Below, in pieces: positions 8,953 to 18,023 of a DNA stretch of 33,050 nt. Origin of the DNA: a virus (lineage: Duplodnaviria > Caudoviricetes); the IMG/VR virus record IMGVR_UViG_3300040736_000109, positions 1 to 33,050 of that record; one strand, written 5' to 3'. Numbering within the stretch: the stretch's first letter is position 1; the number at the start of each line of letters is the position of its first letter. The notes under the pieces were generated by a model. That model searched no databases, had not been told where the DNA came from, and saw nothing but the letters and a program-made list of their open reading frames with translations. Made by a program: the position numbers and the translations under genes.

Positions 8953-9459
8953 ATTATTGTATTTCTTCCAGGTTTCCTCATCGACGCCGCACAGCTTGTT
9001 GATCTGGAGCTGTACGTCGTCGGGGACATCGCCTTTGGGTTTGGGGGCTGCGGCCAGGTCGATTGTGCCTGTCGGTACCACCTGCGGTGCCTTGGCCAGG
9101 AAGACCCTGAAGCCTTCCGGATCGCTCAGGGCGTAAGCGTCCGCCCATTCCTTCTGGGCCGGGGTGATCTTGCCGGCCTTGAGTGCCGAGGCTACCAGTT
9201 CGTCGCGATCTCGGGCGACCAGCTTCTCCTTGAGGCCCGCGATTTCCTGCGAGTAGTCCGGGCGCTGCTTGAGGGCGTGGATGGTCGCCACCAGCTCGCT
9301 CTTGGAAGCCGTTTCGGACAGGCCCAGGGCATCGAGGGCTTCCTTGCAGGCGATGGGCACCGATGCCCCATTCAGATCGGCGAGCTTTGCCATGATCTCT
9401 TCCTGCGTGCTGGTTTCCGGAAGGCCGAGTTGTTTTGCAACTAAAATGAGCAAATTCAT
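8950..9459 (-). CDS. Scaffold protein Z-like, internal in-frame start in gene I
   Basis: ACAGGAGTCAAGAC-ATG at 9459, in frame and just after the protease domain, as in Mu I/Z. Confidence 0.65.
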   Translation of the reverse strand: MNLLILVAKQLGLPETSTQEEIMAKLADLNGASVPIACKEALDALGLSETASKSELVATIHALKQRPDYSQEIAGLKEKLVARDRDELVASALKAGKITPAQKEWADAYALSDPEGFRVFLAKAPQVVPTGTIDLAAAPKPKGDVPDDVQLQINKLCGVDEETWKKYNN

Positions 9460-10041
9460 GTCTTGACTCCTGTCCGGCAGGCTGGAAGGCCTGCCCCACT
9501 GTGTTAGGTTGGTGTTGTTGGCCACAATCGGCCGGATCCAATCGAGACGGGGGGCGTTGGTGAGCGCCAGGCGCAGCAACTCGACCAGGCGTCGCCCTTC
9601 TTTCGAGACAAAAAAGACCGGCGAATAGTAGCGATATTCTCGTTTGGCAAGCAGCTCCCTGGCGGCTTCGGTCCATTCGACATTGGCCCACAGGCCGTCT
9701 ACCCCGCGGTTTTCGAGGCTCTTGACCCAGCCTGCGGCCGGCGCCTTGCCGTCCGGCGAGGCGTATTGGCCGCCTTCGGTCTGGTGCTCGTAGTCGATTA
9801 CCATGTCGATGCCTCGGGCTTCGAAGCGTTGCATGACCAGGTTCATGGCGGCATCATCCACGTAGATGGGCCTCTCGCCCTGTAGGTGCACCTCGCCGTA
9901 GGGAAACACCTGGAAGGCCGTGGGGATATCCGCCGGCGCCGAGGCCTGATTTTCCATGCCCGGCATGGCGGCGATGAAGCCCAGGTGGCACAGGTTTCCT
10001 GCCTGTGGTCGGTTTTCGGATTGGTCGTTGTTCTTCTTCAT
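8950..10041 (-). CDS. Head maturation protease/scaffold (Mu gpI)
   Basis: 'VIDYEHQT', 'APAAGW', 'VEWT', 'EYRYYSPVF', 'ALTNAP', 'GKITPAQKEWA' motifs. Confidence 0.95.
   Translation of the reverse strand: MKKNNDQSENRPQAGNLCHLGFIAAMPGMENQASAPADIPTAFQVFPYGEVHLQGERPIYVDDAAMNLVMQRFEARGIDMVIDYEHQTEGGQYASPDGKAPAAGWVKSLENRGVDGLWANVEWTEAARELLAKREYRYYSPVFFVSKEGRRLVELLRLALTNAPRLDWIRPIVANNTNLTQWGRPSSLPDRSQDMNLLILVAKQLGLPETSTQEEIMAKLADLNGASVPIACKEALDALGLSETASKSELVATIHALKQRPDYSQEIAGLKEKLVARDRDELVASALKAGKITPAQKEWADAYALSDPEGFRVFLAKAPQVVPTGTIDLAAAPKPKGDVPDDVQLQINKLCGVDEETWKKYNN
9476..9499 (-). repeat. REP-like palindrome inside gene I
   Basis: GTGGGGCAGGCCTTCCAGCCTGCC, read as WGRPSSLP. Confidence 0.65.
9985..10007 (+). 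repeat. REP-like palindrome in the 5' end of gene I
   Basis: GTGGCACAGGTTTCCTGCCTGTG, read on minus as PQAGNLCH. Confidence 0.65.
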
Positions 10042-10575
10042 TTACCGCCCTTTCATGGCGTACCTGGCAATGGCGTCATGGATATCGTTCCAGTCCTCGG
10101 AGGCAACGCCCAGGAAAGGCCGGGGCGGAATGTCACCCCAGGGCAGGGCAACCCGCCTGGTATGCCTCCTGACGCTGTACCTGGTGCCCTTCCTTGATTT
10201 TCTCTGGTGTGCCCTTATGTGAGCCGTCACCGTACCGAATGAGCCCTTTTTCGCCCCAAATTGATGCGTTCCAGCATACTGGATCGGCGTGCCGACTTTG
10301 ACCGACCGCGGACCGGGCTGAACGTGGATCGAATTGCGCAGCACGGCGGTATCGATCAAGGTCTTGCCGCGCTGGAGACGGGCACGCCTCGAAGGCTTCC
10401 ATGTCCTGCCCTCGGGGCTTTCGCCGGAAGCGAAGCTCTGCATGGCCCGCTCCTTGAGGATTTCACCGATATTGCGCATGAGTGGGGTCAGGTCGCCGAG
10501 CCGTTCGCCCAGTTGTTTGAGAAACGTCCTGAGCTCTTCATCATGGATGCTGATTGTAATGGTCGCCCCAGGCAT
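10042..10575 (-). CDS. Virion morphogenesis protein (Mu gpG-like)
   Basis: 'LTPLMRNIGE', 'PEGRTWKP', 'YAGTHQFG', 'IPPRPFLG' motifs. Confidence 0.92.
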   Translation of the reverse strand: MPGATITISIHDEELRTFLKQLGERLGDLTPLMRNIGEILKERAMQSFASGESPEGRTWKPSRRARLQRGKTLIDTAVLRNSIHVQPGPRSVKVGTPIQYAGTHQFGAKKGSFGTVTAHIRAHQRKSRKGTRYSVRRHTRRVALPWGDIPPRPFLGVASEDWNDIHDAIARYAMKGR

Positions 10576-10586
10576 CGCTTATCCTC

Positions 10587-10616
10587 TTGACTTTTTAGAG
10601 CGATTGCGCATATGCT
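10587..10616 (+). promoter_or_regulatory. Sigma70-like promoter for the antisense small gene
   Basis: TTGACT-N18-TATGCT, ending 9 nt before the ATG at 10626. Confidence 0.5.
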
Positions 10617-10625
10617 TGCCTTGCT

Positions 10626-10847
10626 ATGTATGACGAACGAACCATCAAATGGTATGAGAGTAAGGGTTTTGCGGATGCTGCCGAAAACGTTCGGCTTGCG
10701 GAGCGGATCTCTGCGCTCAGCAATGACAGCCGATTCGAGGAAGCGGAAGCGCTCCTGGATGATCTGACGATTCCATCTCTGCGTGAAAACATAGAGCATG
10801 AAATCCTGTTCGACAAGACCTGCCGGTGCATCCAACCCCCTGCGTAA
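10626..10847 (+). CDS. Small acidic protein antisense to the late operon; candidate MuF immunity protein
   Basis: 73 aa, amphipathic-helix composition; fills the MuF-G gap; upstream promoter but no SD sequence. Confidence 0.6.
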   Translation: MYDERTIKWYESKGFADAAENVRLAERISALSNDSRFEEAEALLDDLTIPSLRENIEHEILFDKTCRCIQPPA

Positions 10848-10859
10848 GTACCCGCTTTT

Positions 10860-12269
10860 TCAGCCATTCAATTCATCCATCAGCAGATCATAAAGACTTT
10901 CGTCTCTCAGACAGTCCCCAAAACTACCCGCCGCCGGCAATGACGGCTTCTTCTCCTTCAAAACCTTCCACATTTCATCTGAGTAATCCATTGAATCCAC
11001 CGAAAGATTCAGCCTGGTGACCAGGTTCACCTCTTCGGCTTCTGATATGCCGGCGGCTCGAAGGATGGAACGAAACCGCTCGACGTAGACCTGGTAGCCG
11101 GTAGGATGGTATGCAACCAGTTGGGTTGCTTGAGCCCGCTCATAACGCAGGCCAAACATGCCAATGAAGTTGGGCGTCTTATGCCTGGCCCAGACGTCGT
11201 TGACGGTCTGGGCGAGATAGCGATAACTTTTATCCACTTGGTATGCCGGAAACTGGAGCTCGTTGCCCAGGTGGTGCCCGAATTCATGGGTCAGGGTTTT
11301 AAAGGCGTTCATTTCCTCCTGGGTGGACACCTTGCCGGCTTTCAGACTGTTGTTGACGGCGTTCAGCCAGTCCCGTTTGAGATTGATCTCGCCGGTCCGG
11401 TAGTTGGCGCTGCCGTTGTTCCCGGGGTTGGTCTCGATCTTGATGGTCAGCGGCGCATCGGAGGCGAGCATGCCGGTCTGCTTCATGCCGTCGCGGGCAC
11501 GGGTCATCAATTCGCCAAGCTGTGTCGTATTGGTCGGGACTCCCAGGTTGGCGGCATCCAGGATGCGATAGGCTTCCGGGGTGTACTTATTCAGGTCCGG
11601 TTTCCATTTGACCATGCCTGGGTTGTAGTCGAATCCGGGGTCGGGTTTGGCCAACGGCGGGGAGATGGATTCGCGCTTGCCCGTTCGCTTCATGTCCTGG
11701 TCGGAAAGCGAGCGAAGCGTGCACCGGCAACGGTATCCTACAGGCGGGTGCCAGCTGTCCCAGATGGGGTGATCGAAGCGGTATACCTTGCCGTCCATCG
11801 CCGCGTGGGACGGGCGGGTGCGCGAGTCGTTCACGGCATCGTACATCCACCAGGGGCGATTGGGAGCGTTTTCCAGCATCTGCCGGTAGCGGCCCGCGTG
11901 GTAGGCGGACTGCAGGTTGGTGCGGTAGATGTTGTCCAGGCGCCAGGGAGTGAGGCGTTTGCGGGTCGTGCCGTCCGGCATCTTGATTTCGGCGTCTTCC
12001 CCCTTCGGGGAAAACCAGCCGCGCCGCTCCAGGAGCGGAATCAGGTCCTTCTTGAACTGGTTCAGCGGGGTGCCGTCCTTGACCGCTGTATCCACTGCCT
12101 TGCGGATATCCTCCAGCACGTCCATTTGTGTGACCCGTGCCACAGTGAAGGCCTGCACATGAGCCGCGGCCCATACATCGCGATAGGAATCGGGCGATAT
12201 CTGCATGCCTTTCTCCTGAAAGAAGCGGATGGCTTCATCGAATGGCAACGGTTTGACGTCGATCGTCAT
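10860..12269 (-). CDS. MuF (gp30) minor head protein with a C-terminal HExxH domain
   Basis: N-terminal MuF motifs 'AFTVA', 'IYRTNLQSAY', 'DSRTRPSH', 'PPVGYRCRC', 'PDPGFDYNPG'; ~230 extra aa containing 'TLTHEFGHH'. Confidence 0.92.
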   Translation of the reverse strand: MTIDVKPLPFDEAIRFFQEKGMQISPDSYRDVWAAAHVQAFTVARVTQMDVLEDIRKAVDTAVKDGTPLNQFKKDLIPLLERRGWFSPKGEDAEIKMPDGTTRKRLTPWRLDNIYRTNLQSAYHAGRYRQMLENAPNRPWWMYDAVNDSRTRPSHAAMDGKVYRFDHPIWDSWHPPVGYRCRCTLRSLSDQDMKRTGKRESISPPLAKPDPGFDYNPGMVKWKPDLNKYTPEAYRILDAANLGVPTNTTQLGELMTRARDGMKQTGMLASDAPLTIKIETNPGNNGSANYRTGEINLKRDWLNAVNNSLKAGKVSTQEEMNAFKTLTHEFGHHLGNELQFPAYQVDKSYRYLAQTVNDVWARHKTPNFIGMFGLRYERAQATQLVAYHPTGYQVYVERFRSILRAAGISEAEEVNLVTRLNLSVDSMDYSDEMWKVLKEKKPSLPAAGSFGDCLRDESLYDLLMDELNG

Positions 12270-13858
12270 ATGCGCCGCCTCCGCCTGGCCGTGTAATCAC
12301 CCCAGAGATCCGCGGCGAAGACGGCCCGTCGCATGAGCTCGGCAAAGGTGTGCGAATCAAGGTCCTTGAACGATGCATAGATCTCGGTCAGCATGTCTTC
12401 ATAGGATTCTGCCCGCATGACGATTGCGGCGATTTGGCCGGAGATATCCACCCCATCCCCGGCGGGCAATCCATCCGCTATCCCCTCGATGACCTGTTGA
12501 TCGGGGTCGAATTGTGGGGCTGAATTTTGCCCGGCAACGACCCGTTTCGCCTTTTCCGGTGTTGGGGCGGACGGCGGTCCATCCCTACCAGCCGTGGGGG
12601 CCAGGGGGGTCATCGGCGTCTCATCCGGCTGCGGCATGGGGATTTTGAACCGCTCGGAGATATGCTCCTGCGATACCTGGAAGCCAATCTCACACAGGGT
12701 CTTGTAGATATCCGAGTGTTGCTTGAGATCTTCCGGTGGTTCAGAGAGCAGCCTGAAGCGCGGTACGGGCACATCCCATCCGAAGTTGAAGCCCACCAGG
12801 GGGCGCAGAAGCTGCTGCGTGATGGTCTTGGAGAGGGCTTTTGCGTCGGCTTCAACCAGGTCCTGGCGAACCTCGGCATGGACTTGGCCGAGGGCATAGG
12901 ACCCCTGGCCCTTTATTCCTCCGGCTTCGCTGCTGAGTGTCTGGCCGAGGATGGCCTTGCTGACTTGGTGATCACAGAAGGTGGTCATGCTCTCGAAGAT
13001 ATTGAGCGTGCTGGTTTTCTGGGCTTCGATGAATTCGATTTCCGTGTTGGCGCTGATAATTCCGGCGGCATCGCTCCCCAGTGACTGGATGGCGGTCAGC
13101 AGAGCTATCTTGTCTTCCGAATTGGCGCCCGGCTGATATTTCCCGACCCGAAGCGGCATGCCGAAGACTTCACAGAAGGTGATCCAGTCCTTGACCGCAT
13201 AGTTTTTGAACATGTACATCCAGGCGCAGACACGGAGGATTCCGGCCCTGGTGTCGTATCCGGATCTCGCCTTGTGGCGATGATAGATGAATTTGAAGGG
13301 GGGCGGGTCGATGCCTTCGACCTGGTTGTCCTCGGTCAGGATGCGCGGGGTAAGCGAATTCCAGAAGGTGATCTTTTTTGGATGGATCCACTTGATATCG
13401 CTCGGGAGGATGGTGCCTCCGGAGATGTCCCACAGGATTTCCAGCATACTGTAGCCCTTGGGCAGGGCATCCAGCATATCGAGAAGGACTTCATCCCAAT
13501 CTCCGATGCCGCCTATGACCTCACGGCAGAAGTCGGCGATCTCCCTGGCCCGTGCATCGTCCTCAACGGCGGGCAGGATTTCATAGTCAAGGCCCTGCAC
13601 GGCGAGTTTTCGGATCTGGAACTGACTGGCAATGTGGGGGTCTTTTTCCTCGATCTCTTCGAAGAGCTCCGCCTGGCGCAACACATCACCGGCGTCGGCT
13701 TCGCGGAAGATGCGCGCCAGCCGCTGGGGAGTGAGCCCGTTCGACGGGTAGCCGCTCCACCGGTCACGGATCTGGGCCACAGCCAGCTCGCGGGTTTCCG
13801 GCCGCCGTGTGTCGCGCGCCGGAATTTCTCGCCCGAATTGATCGTACAAAACCGCCAT
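12266..13858 (-). CDS. Portal protein (Mu gp29 / DUF935)
   Basis: 'GLTPQRLARI', 'FCEVFGMPLRVGKY', 'SKAILGQTL', 'ALGQVHAEVR' motifs. Confidence 0.95.
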   Translation of the reverse strand: MAVLYDQFGREIPARDTRRPETRELAVAQIRDRWSGYPSNGLTPQRLARIFREADAGDVLRQAELFEEIEEKDPHIASQFQIRKLAVQGLDYEILPAVEDDARAREIADFCREVIGGIGDWDEVLLDMLDALPKGYSMLEILWDISGGTILPSDIKWIHPKKITFWNSLTPRILTEDNQVEGIDPPPFKFIYHRHKARSGYDTRAGILRVCAWMYMFKNYAVKDWITFCEVFGMPLRVGKYQPGANSEDKIALLTAIQSLGSDAAGIISANTEIEFIEAQKTSTLNIFESMTTFCDHQVSKAILGQTLSSEAGGIKGQGSYALGQVHAEVRQDLVEADAKALSKTITQQLLRPLVGFNFGWDVPVPRFRLLSEPPEDLKQHSDIYKTLCEIGFQVSQEHISERFKIPMPQPDETPMTPLAPTAGRDGPPSAPTPEKAKRVVAGQNSAPQFDPDQQVIEGIADGLPAGDGVDISGQIAAIVMRAESYEDMLTEIYASFKDLDSHTFAELMRRAVFAADLWGDYTARRRRRI

Positions 13859-13871
13859 CCAAAACCTTTCG

Positions 13872-13960
13872 TAGGCTCTAGGCTATAGGCTACAGGCTAT
13901 GGGCTCGGTTTTCCTATTGCCCATCGCCTATGGCCTATCGCCTGCTCTTGCCTATAGCCT
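13872..13960. repeat. Heptamer-armed hairpin element, copy 7
   Basis: Loop variant CTCGGTTTT; lies between terminase and portal. Confidence 0.9.
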
Positions 13961-13965
13961 GATGT

Positions 13966-15516
13966 TCAATATGCTCCCTTGACTTCGCTGAAGCGCCGCT
14001 TGCCGGCACTTTCGTATTCCACCGGGCCGCCGTCGAGGTTGTTCACCGCGTACCAGCCTAGCAGCCCAGCCACGGCCGAATCCCCGTGCCGCTTACCCCT
14101 GGACTTGTCTGTGCCCTGCCTCCGCTCGGTGTCCGGAATGCACGGCACGCCCTTGACCTTCTTGACCGCCCGGTGATCGTCCAGGACGTCTGGGCTGTCC
14201 GGAACGGAAATCACCTTATCCTCGTAGGCGGCCTTGTATCGCGGGAAATTCTCGCGGTAGAAGCTCTGGGTGAGCATGATTTCGTGGATGCGGTTTTCAC
14301 CGTATCTCTGCCTGGCAACCTCGGCCAGGTACTGGCCGTTGCCCCGTGCGTCCATCGCCCCACCCCGAAATCTCGGCAGCCGATCGCAGATGAAGAAGAG
14401 GACCTGCTCCTGCTGGCGGAAGGGCACGTCGTGCAGCTCGATGGCGAAAGGGACCCGATGGTTGAGAGCTGTGACTTCCTCGAAGGGCCAGAAGATGCTC
14501 AGATCGATGTCACGGGCGAAATCGAAACCGAAGCGGTGGTTCGTGTTCGGATCGAGCAGCCTGAGCAGCGGCAGCACCTCTTCCTCGATCCACCCCTGGC
14601 ATTCGTCGAACCGTTCGCGATCCGGCCAGTCTACAAAACCCTTCCCGTTGCGCTGAATCTTCGGAGGCGTCCAGGACACAACCGGAATGCCCGGCTCCAT
14701 GCATGACTTGATCAATGTAATGGGCAGATACGACCCTCCGGACCGAGACGGAATGCAGAAGAGTTCCTCGTCGGCGTCATCGCCGTATTGCTTGATCAGC
14801 TTGCTGCGCCACTGGGCTTCCGCATCGGGCGACCACTCCTTGCCACGGACCAGGCATATGCGTTGATAGAGCCCGTCTTCAAGAGCATCATCCAATGTGA
14901 TCCGGTGCAGAGAGTAGGGCTCTCTGCCGGCCCGAACGCTCTCGATCATCTGATTGAAGTCGTTGTCATCCCCATTATGCGTGGAGATAATAACCACCTG
15001 GCCTCCCCACATGAGGAATGCCATTGCAGCCTTACGGAGCTCGCCGAGGTCATCCACGAATGCGCCTTCGTCAATAATGAGCCTCCCCTGGCGCCCACGA
15101 AGGGTCTTCGGTCTCGACGAGAGTGCCACGATTTCATAGCCGGAGGCAAAAGGGATCCGGTAGGCTTTGATGGCGCGTTTCGTGCCGTCCGGGTCTTCCT
15201 CCTCGAAAAGGAATTCCTCGATCTCTCCGGCGGCTTTGCTATATTCCCTGGCCCAAAAAGCGCAGGTGTCGATGTACTCTCGGGTCATGTCGTAATTGTA
15301 GGAGATGTACAGAACGTCCATGCCGTCCCGGCCCGCTGTTGCCGCCAGCAGAACGTCGTCGGCAGCCTCGGCCCAGGTGAGGCCGATCCGGCGAGACTTT
15401 TCGCAGACTTTGACTTCAGCCTTGTCCTCTATCCAACGCTGCTGATAGCCTAGCAGCACGGGAGGAACTTCGGCGGAATTCACGCCGTGCCAAATGTTTT
15501 TGCCTTCAGAGATCAT
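13966..15516 (-). CDS. Terminase large subunit (Mu gp28-like)
   Basis: 'EKSRRIGLTW', Walker B 'LIIDEGAF', 'ISTHNG', 'GFDFAR', 'DARGNG', 'RHGDSAVA'. Confidence 0.95.
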   Translation of the reverse strand: MISEGKNIWHGVNSAEVPPVLLGYQQRWIEDKAEVKVCEKSRRIGLTWAEAADDVLLAATAGRDGMDVLYISYNYDMTREYIDTCAFWAREYSKAAGEIEEFLFEEEDPDGTKRAIKAYRIPFASGYEIVALSSRPKTLRGRQGRLIIDEGAFVDDLGELRKAAMAFLMWGGQVVIISTHNGDDNDFNQMIESVRAGREPYSLHRITLDDALEDGLYQRICLVRGKEWSPDAEAQWRSKLIKQYGDDADEELFCIPSRSGGSYLPITLIKSCMEPGIPVVSWTPPKIQRNGKGFVDWPDRERFDECQGWIEEEVLPLLRLLDPNTNHRFGFDFARDIDLSIFWPFEEVTALNHRVPFAIELHDVPFRQQEQVLFFICDRLPRFRGGAMDARGNGQYLAEVARQRYGENRIHEIMLTQSFYRENFPRYKAAYEDKVISVPDSPDVLDDHRAVKKVKGVPCIPDTERRQGTDKSRGKRHGDSAVAGLLGWYAVNNLDGGPVEYESAGKRRFSEVKGAY

Positions 15517-16052
15517 TTAATCCCCAGTATCGAGCGCCTAATTTCGTTCGCGGCATCAAGAGAGAGCCCCTTCGGTTTCTCTCGAACGGTCGCCCAGCAT
15601 CCTTCGGTTTTGTCGGAATCTCCCGCGTTTTGCGCTTCGGCCTTCACGCCCTGCCGTCCCTTGTTGAGCGCAGCCAGGAGCTTGCCCAGGTCGATATCCT
15701 TGATTCCGACCGTGCCGTCCGCCAAGCCGGTCGCGGCCAGGGCCACTACCAAGTTGACAAGGCTGTCGAGGCCTTCCTCGTATGACTTCTTGCCGAACTC
15801 CTCGATGATGCGGGAGAGCTCCTGGTTGGCATCCTGAAGCCTGCGTTCCGTCCGAACCGCCCGGTAATACTTGGCGATAGCCACATGGCTGATCGAGTAC
15901 CCCCGAGCCTTGACCAGGTCCCTGGCGGCTTCCAGGGTTAGGGTCTGTCCGTCCAGGCCGTCGATGATATCGTCCTGGAGCTCTTCGGGTAGCTTCAGAA
16001 ACCCGAACTTGGCCTTCTTGCAGGCGGTCAGTATGAGCTCCCGATGGTTCAT
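15513..16052 (-). CDS. Probable terminase small subunit (Mu gp27 / DUF3486-like)
   Basis: 'LPEELQDDI', 'GYSISHVAIAKY' and C-terminal 'IRRSILGI'; ATGA overlap with the large subunit. Confidence 0.7.
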   Translation of the reverse strand: MNHRELILTACKKAKFGFLKLPEELQDDIIDGLDGQTLTLEAARDLVKARGYSISHVAIAKYYRAVRTERRLQDANQELSRIIEEFGKKSYEEGLDSLVNLVVALAATGLADGTVGIKDIDLGKLLAALNKGRQGVKAEAQNAGDSDKTEGCWATVREKPKGLSLDAANEIRRSILGIK

Positions 16053-16055
16053 CGA

Positions 16056-16304
16056 CTACCCCTCCATCCCGAGTTCCATCTTGAGCTCATCGATTCGCTT
16101 GAGGATCTGCGTATGCTTGACGTGATCCGCAGCGATCTGGACGGCCGTCATGGCCAGCAGCTGCCCCTTGATGGCTTTGGGGTCCTGGAGAGGGTCGGCC
16201 AGGATGACGAGATCTTTGAGCTGCTGCTTGATTTTCAGCTCCAGGGCCATCAATTCGAGCTCGGCTTCCTTGAGCTGGCCTTTGCGCATGGCGTACTGAG
16301 ACAT
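16056..16304 (-). CDS. Hypothetical coiled-coil protein
   Basis: 82 aa, AGGAG RBS, fits the operon. Confidence 0.65.
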   Translation of the reverse strand: MSQYAMRKGQLKEAELELMALELKIKQQLKDLVILADPLQDPKAIKGQLLAMTAVQIAADHVKHTQILKRIDELKMELGMEG

Positions 16305-16317
16305 TTCTTCTCCTGAT

Positions 16318-16716
16318 TCATCCCAGAGGCCTGGAGGGCCAGATACTTGCGCTGATCAGGTCCGCCAGGCGCTGCATGGTTTGGGTATTCAAGACAACCA
16401 TATCCTGAAAGTTTTCTGCGATTCGCTTCCAGGAAACGACCAGCTCGACGTTGGTCTTGTAATAGTTGGCCAGCTCCTGGATGTCCTTGCCGTAGGCATC
16501 GAGGATACTCTTGGTATCCTCGCGGTAGGCGCGGAGAAGCTCCGCATAGCGTTGCTCATCGGCAGCCCTTCGCTTCTCGGCCGCAACCCAGAAGAAGACG
16601 ATCAGACAGATCACGCCGAAGGGGGACAGGATCATAAGGCCGATGAGCGCGGACAGAGTCCCCGTCTCGAACCTCGACAAGATGTTGAGCATCGCTGCCA
16701 CGACCGAATGGTCCAT
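16318..16716 (-). CDS. Membrane-anchored coiled-coil protein (lysis-cassette associated)
   Basis: N-terminal hydrophobic segment followed by a coiled coil; coupled to the upstream gene. Confidence 0.65.
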   Translation of the reverse strand: MDHSVVAAMLNILSRFETGTLSALIGLMILSPFGVICLIVFFWVAAEKRRAADEQRYAELLRAYREDTKSILDAYGKDIQELANYYKTNVELVVSWKRIAENFQDMVVLNTQTMQRLADLISASIWPSRPLG

Positions 16717-16979
16717 CAGTCTTTCCTTCCATTGACGTCATCCAGGGGCATTTCAACCCCTTCGGGCTGACGACCGGATCGGGAACCGGGCAGGCTCACC
16801 GATGCCCCGCTGAAAAAGGTCCGCAGAAAGAAAGTCGCGGCATTGGACGCCCAGACAATCTTCGGCAGATACTCGACCGGAACCACGTTCCCGAGCTGCG
16901 GATCGCAAAGCACCGCGGTGATTGCCATCAAGAACTGCACCCAGTTGATCTTGCTTTGCCATACCGGTTTTGAATCCAT
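16716..16979 (-). CDS. Putative holin
   Basis: 87 aa, 'KPVWQSKINW' start and two hydrophobic segments; within the lysis cassette. Confidence 0.6.
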   Translation of the reverse strand: MDSKPVWQSKINWVQFLMAITAVLCDPQLGNVVPVEYLPKIVWASNAATFFLRTFFSGASVSLPGSRSGRQPEGVEMPLDDVNGRKD

Positions 16980-16989
16980 ACGGCACTCC

Positions 16990-17370
16990 TTACCCTTTCA
17001 CTGCGGCTATCAGCTCCTGAACCCGCCCGATCAGGCTTGCGATCTCTTCGCGCTTCGCGAGCAGATCGCTTAGGCCCTGGCTGTCGTGCACCAGGCTCGC
17101 CGCCTCGCAGTAGGCGGATATACCCAGATCGACCTCGCTTAAAAGTGGCTCCACCTCCTCGGCGATCCGCTTCTCCTGGTTCGGGAAATACATCTTGAGC
17201 CAGGGAATCGAAGCCGAGGCAACGGTGGATGTCATCTGAAGATCATGGCAGCCGGCAACGGCCAGATCTCCCGGCCCGGCCCCGGACTGGTAGGTTTCGA
17301 TCGTTGAACACGCCGACAAAGCCAGCAACAAAGCCGACACCGCAAACAGAAATCGCTTCTTGCCTCTCAT
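16990..17370 (-). CDS. Lipoprotein (possible spanin-like component)
   Basis: Basic N-terminus, hydrophobic core and lipobox LSAC; follows the endolysin. Confidence 0.65.
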   Translation of the reverse strand: MRGKKRFLFAVSALLLALSACSTIETYQSGAGPGDLAVAGCHDLQMTSTVASASIPWLKMYFPNQEKRIAEEVEPLLSEVDLGISAYCEAASLVHDSQGLSDLLAKREEIASLIGRVQELIAAVKG

Positions 17371-17387
17371 GTTTCTCTCCTTTATCC

Positions 17388-17419
17388 AGGCTATAGGCTA
17401 TGGGCTCCAGGCTATGGGC
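17388..17419. repeat. Heptamer array, single arm
   Basis: AGGCTATAGGCTATGGGCTCCAGGCTATGGGC just upstream of the lipoprotein RBS. Confidence 0.75.
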
Positions 17420-17438
17420 AGGCAGCAGTCCGCCCCTA

Positions 17439-17882
17439 TTAGCCACTAATCACCACCCACTTCTTCCACGCTCCGATGAACTCATCCACCGTGCCGGCGC
17501 CCTTCGGGGTGTTGTAGAACTGCTTCCAGTAATCGGCCAGGGCACGAACATTATCCGCAGGCGGCAGCGGCCGCGGAATCGACCAGTATTTGACTCTCGC
17601 CATGATGATCGAAGCCCGAAGGTCCCATTCCAGCTGTTCGAAACGGAATGTCCGGATTTCGGGCACAACAGCCCCGTAACGCTGCACCAGGTCATCGAAG
17701 GTGAGCCGCTCCATCTGGAATGCCCCGAGAGCAGGTCCACTCACCTGCCTGAGATAAGATCCAAACGCGCTTTCCTGCGCGGCCGTCCCAAGCAGCAGGT
17801 TGACCGCCGCTTCCGAATAAAGATTGATCTCTCTGAGAACTCGCTCGATCAGCGCTCGCAGTTGAGTAACTTTGTAAGCCAT
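17439..17882 (-). CDS. Endolysin, lysozyme-like superfamily
   Basis: 'LLLGTAAQES...GPALGAFQME...YWKQFYNT'; start reassigned to MAYKV (AAGGAAG RBS). Confidence 0.75.
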   Translation of the reverse strand: MAYKVTQLRALIERVLREINLYSEAAVNLLLGTAAQESAFGSYLRQVSGPALGAFQMERLTFDDLVQRYGAVVPEIRTFRFEQLEWDLRASIIMARVKYWSIPRPLPPADNVRALADYWKQFYNTPKGAGTVDEFIGAWKKWVVISG

Positions 17883-17967
17883 CGCGTCTTCCTTTCTCGC
17901 CGGGGGGCGGAATGAGTTTCCCCTTACTTTACAAGCGCTTATGGAACTCCGGGCGACTCCCCGGCAT

Positions 17968-18023
17968 AAAAAAAGCCCGGCCGATTGTCTCACCCCCATA
18001 CGGGGACAATAGATCGGCCGGGC
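17968..18023 (-). terminator. Intrinsic terminator upstream of the late operon
   Basis: GCCCGGCCGAT...ATCGGCCGGGC stem with a structured interior, followed by T7 on minus. Confidence 0.8.

Noticed and set aside
10595-10867. Co-oriented 90-aa ORF as the MuF immunity gene
   Set aside because: It overlaps the MuF stop neatly, but its Ser/Arg-rich composition looks like the shadow of the plus-strand ORF 10626..10847. Not fully excluded.
11106-12296. 396-aa plus-strand ORF
   Set aside because: Antisense shadow of MuF in GC-rich DNA; no motifs.
2359-13960. Heptamer repeats as a CRISPR array
   Set aside because: No constant repeat with unique spacers and no cas genes; the copies are dispersed tandem 7-mers.
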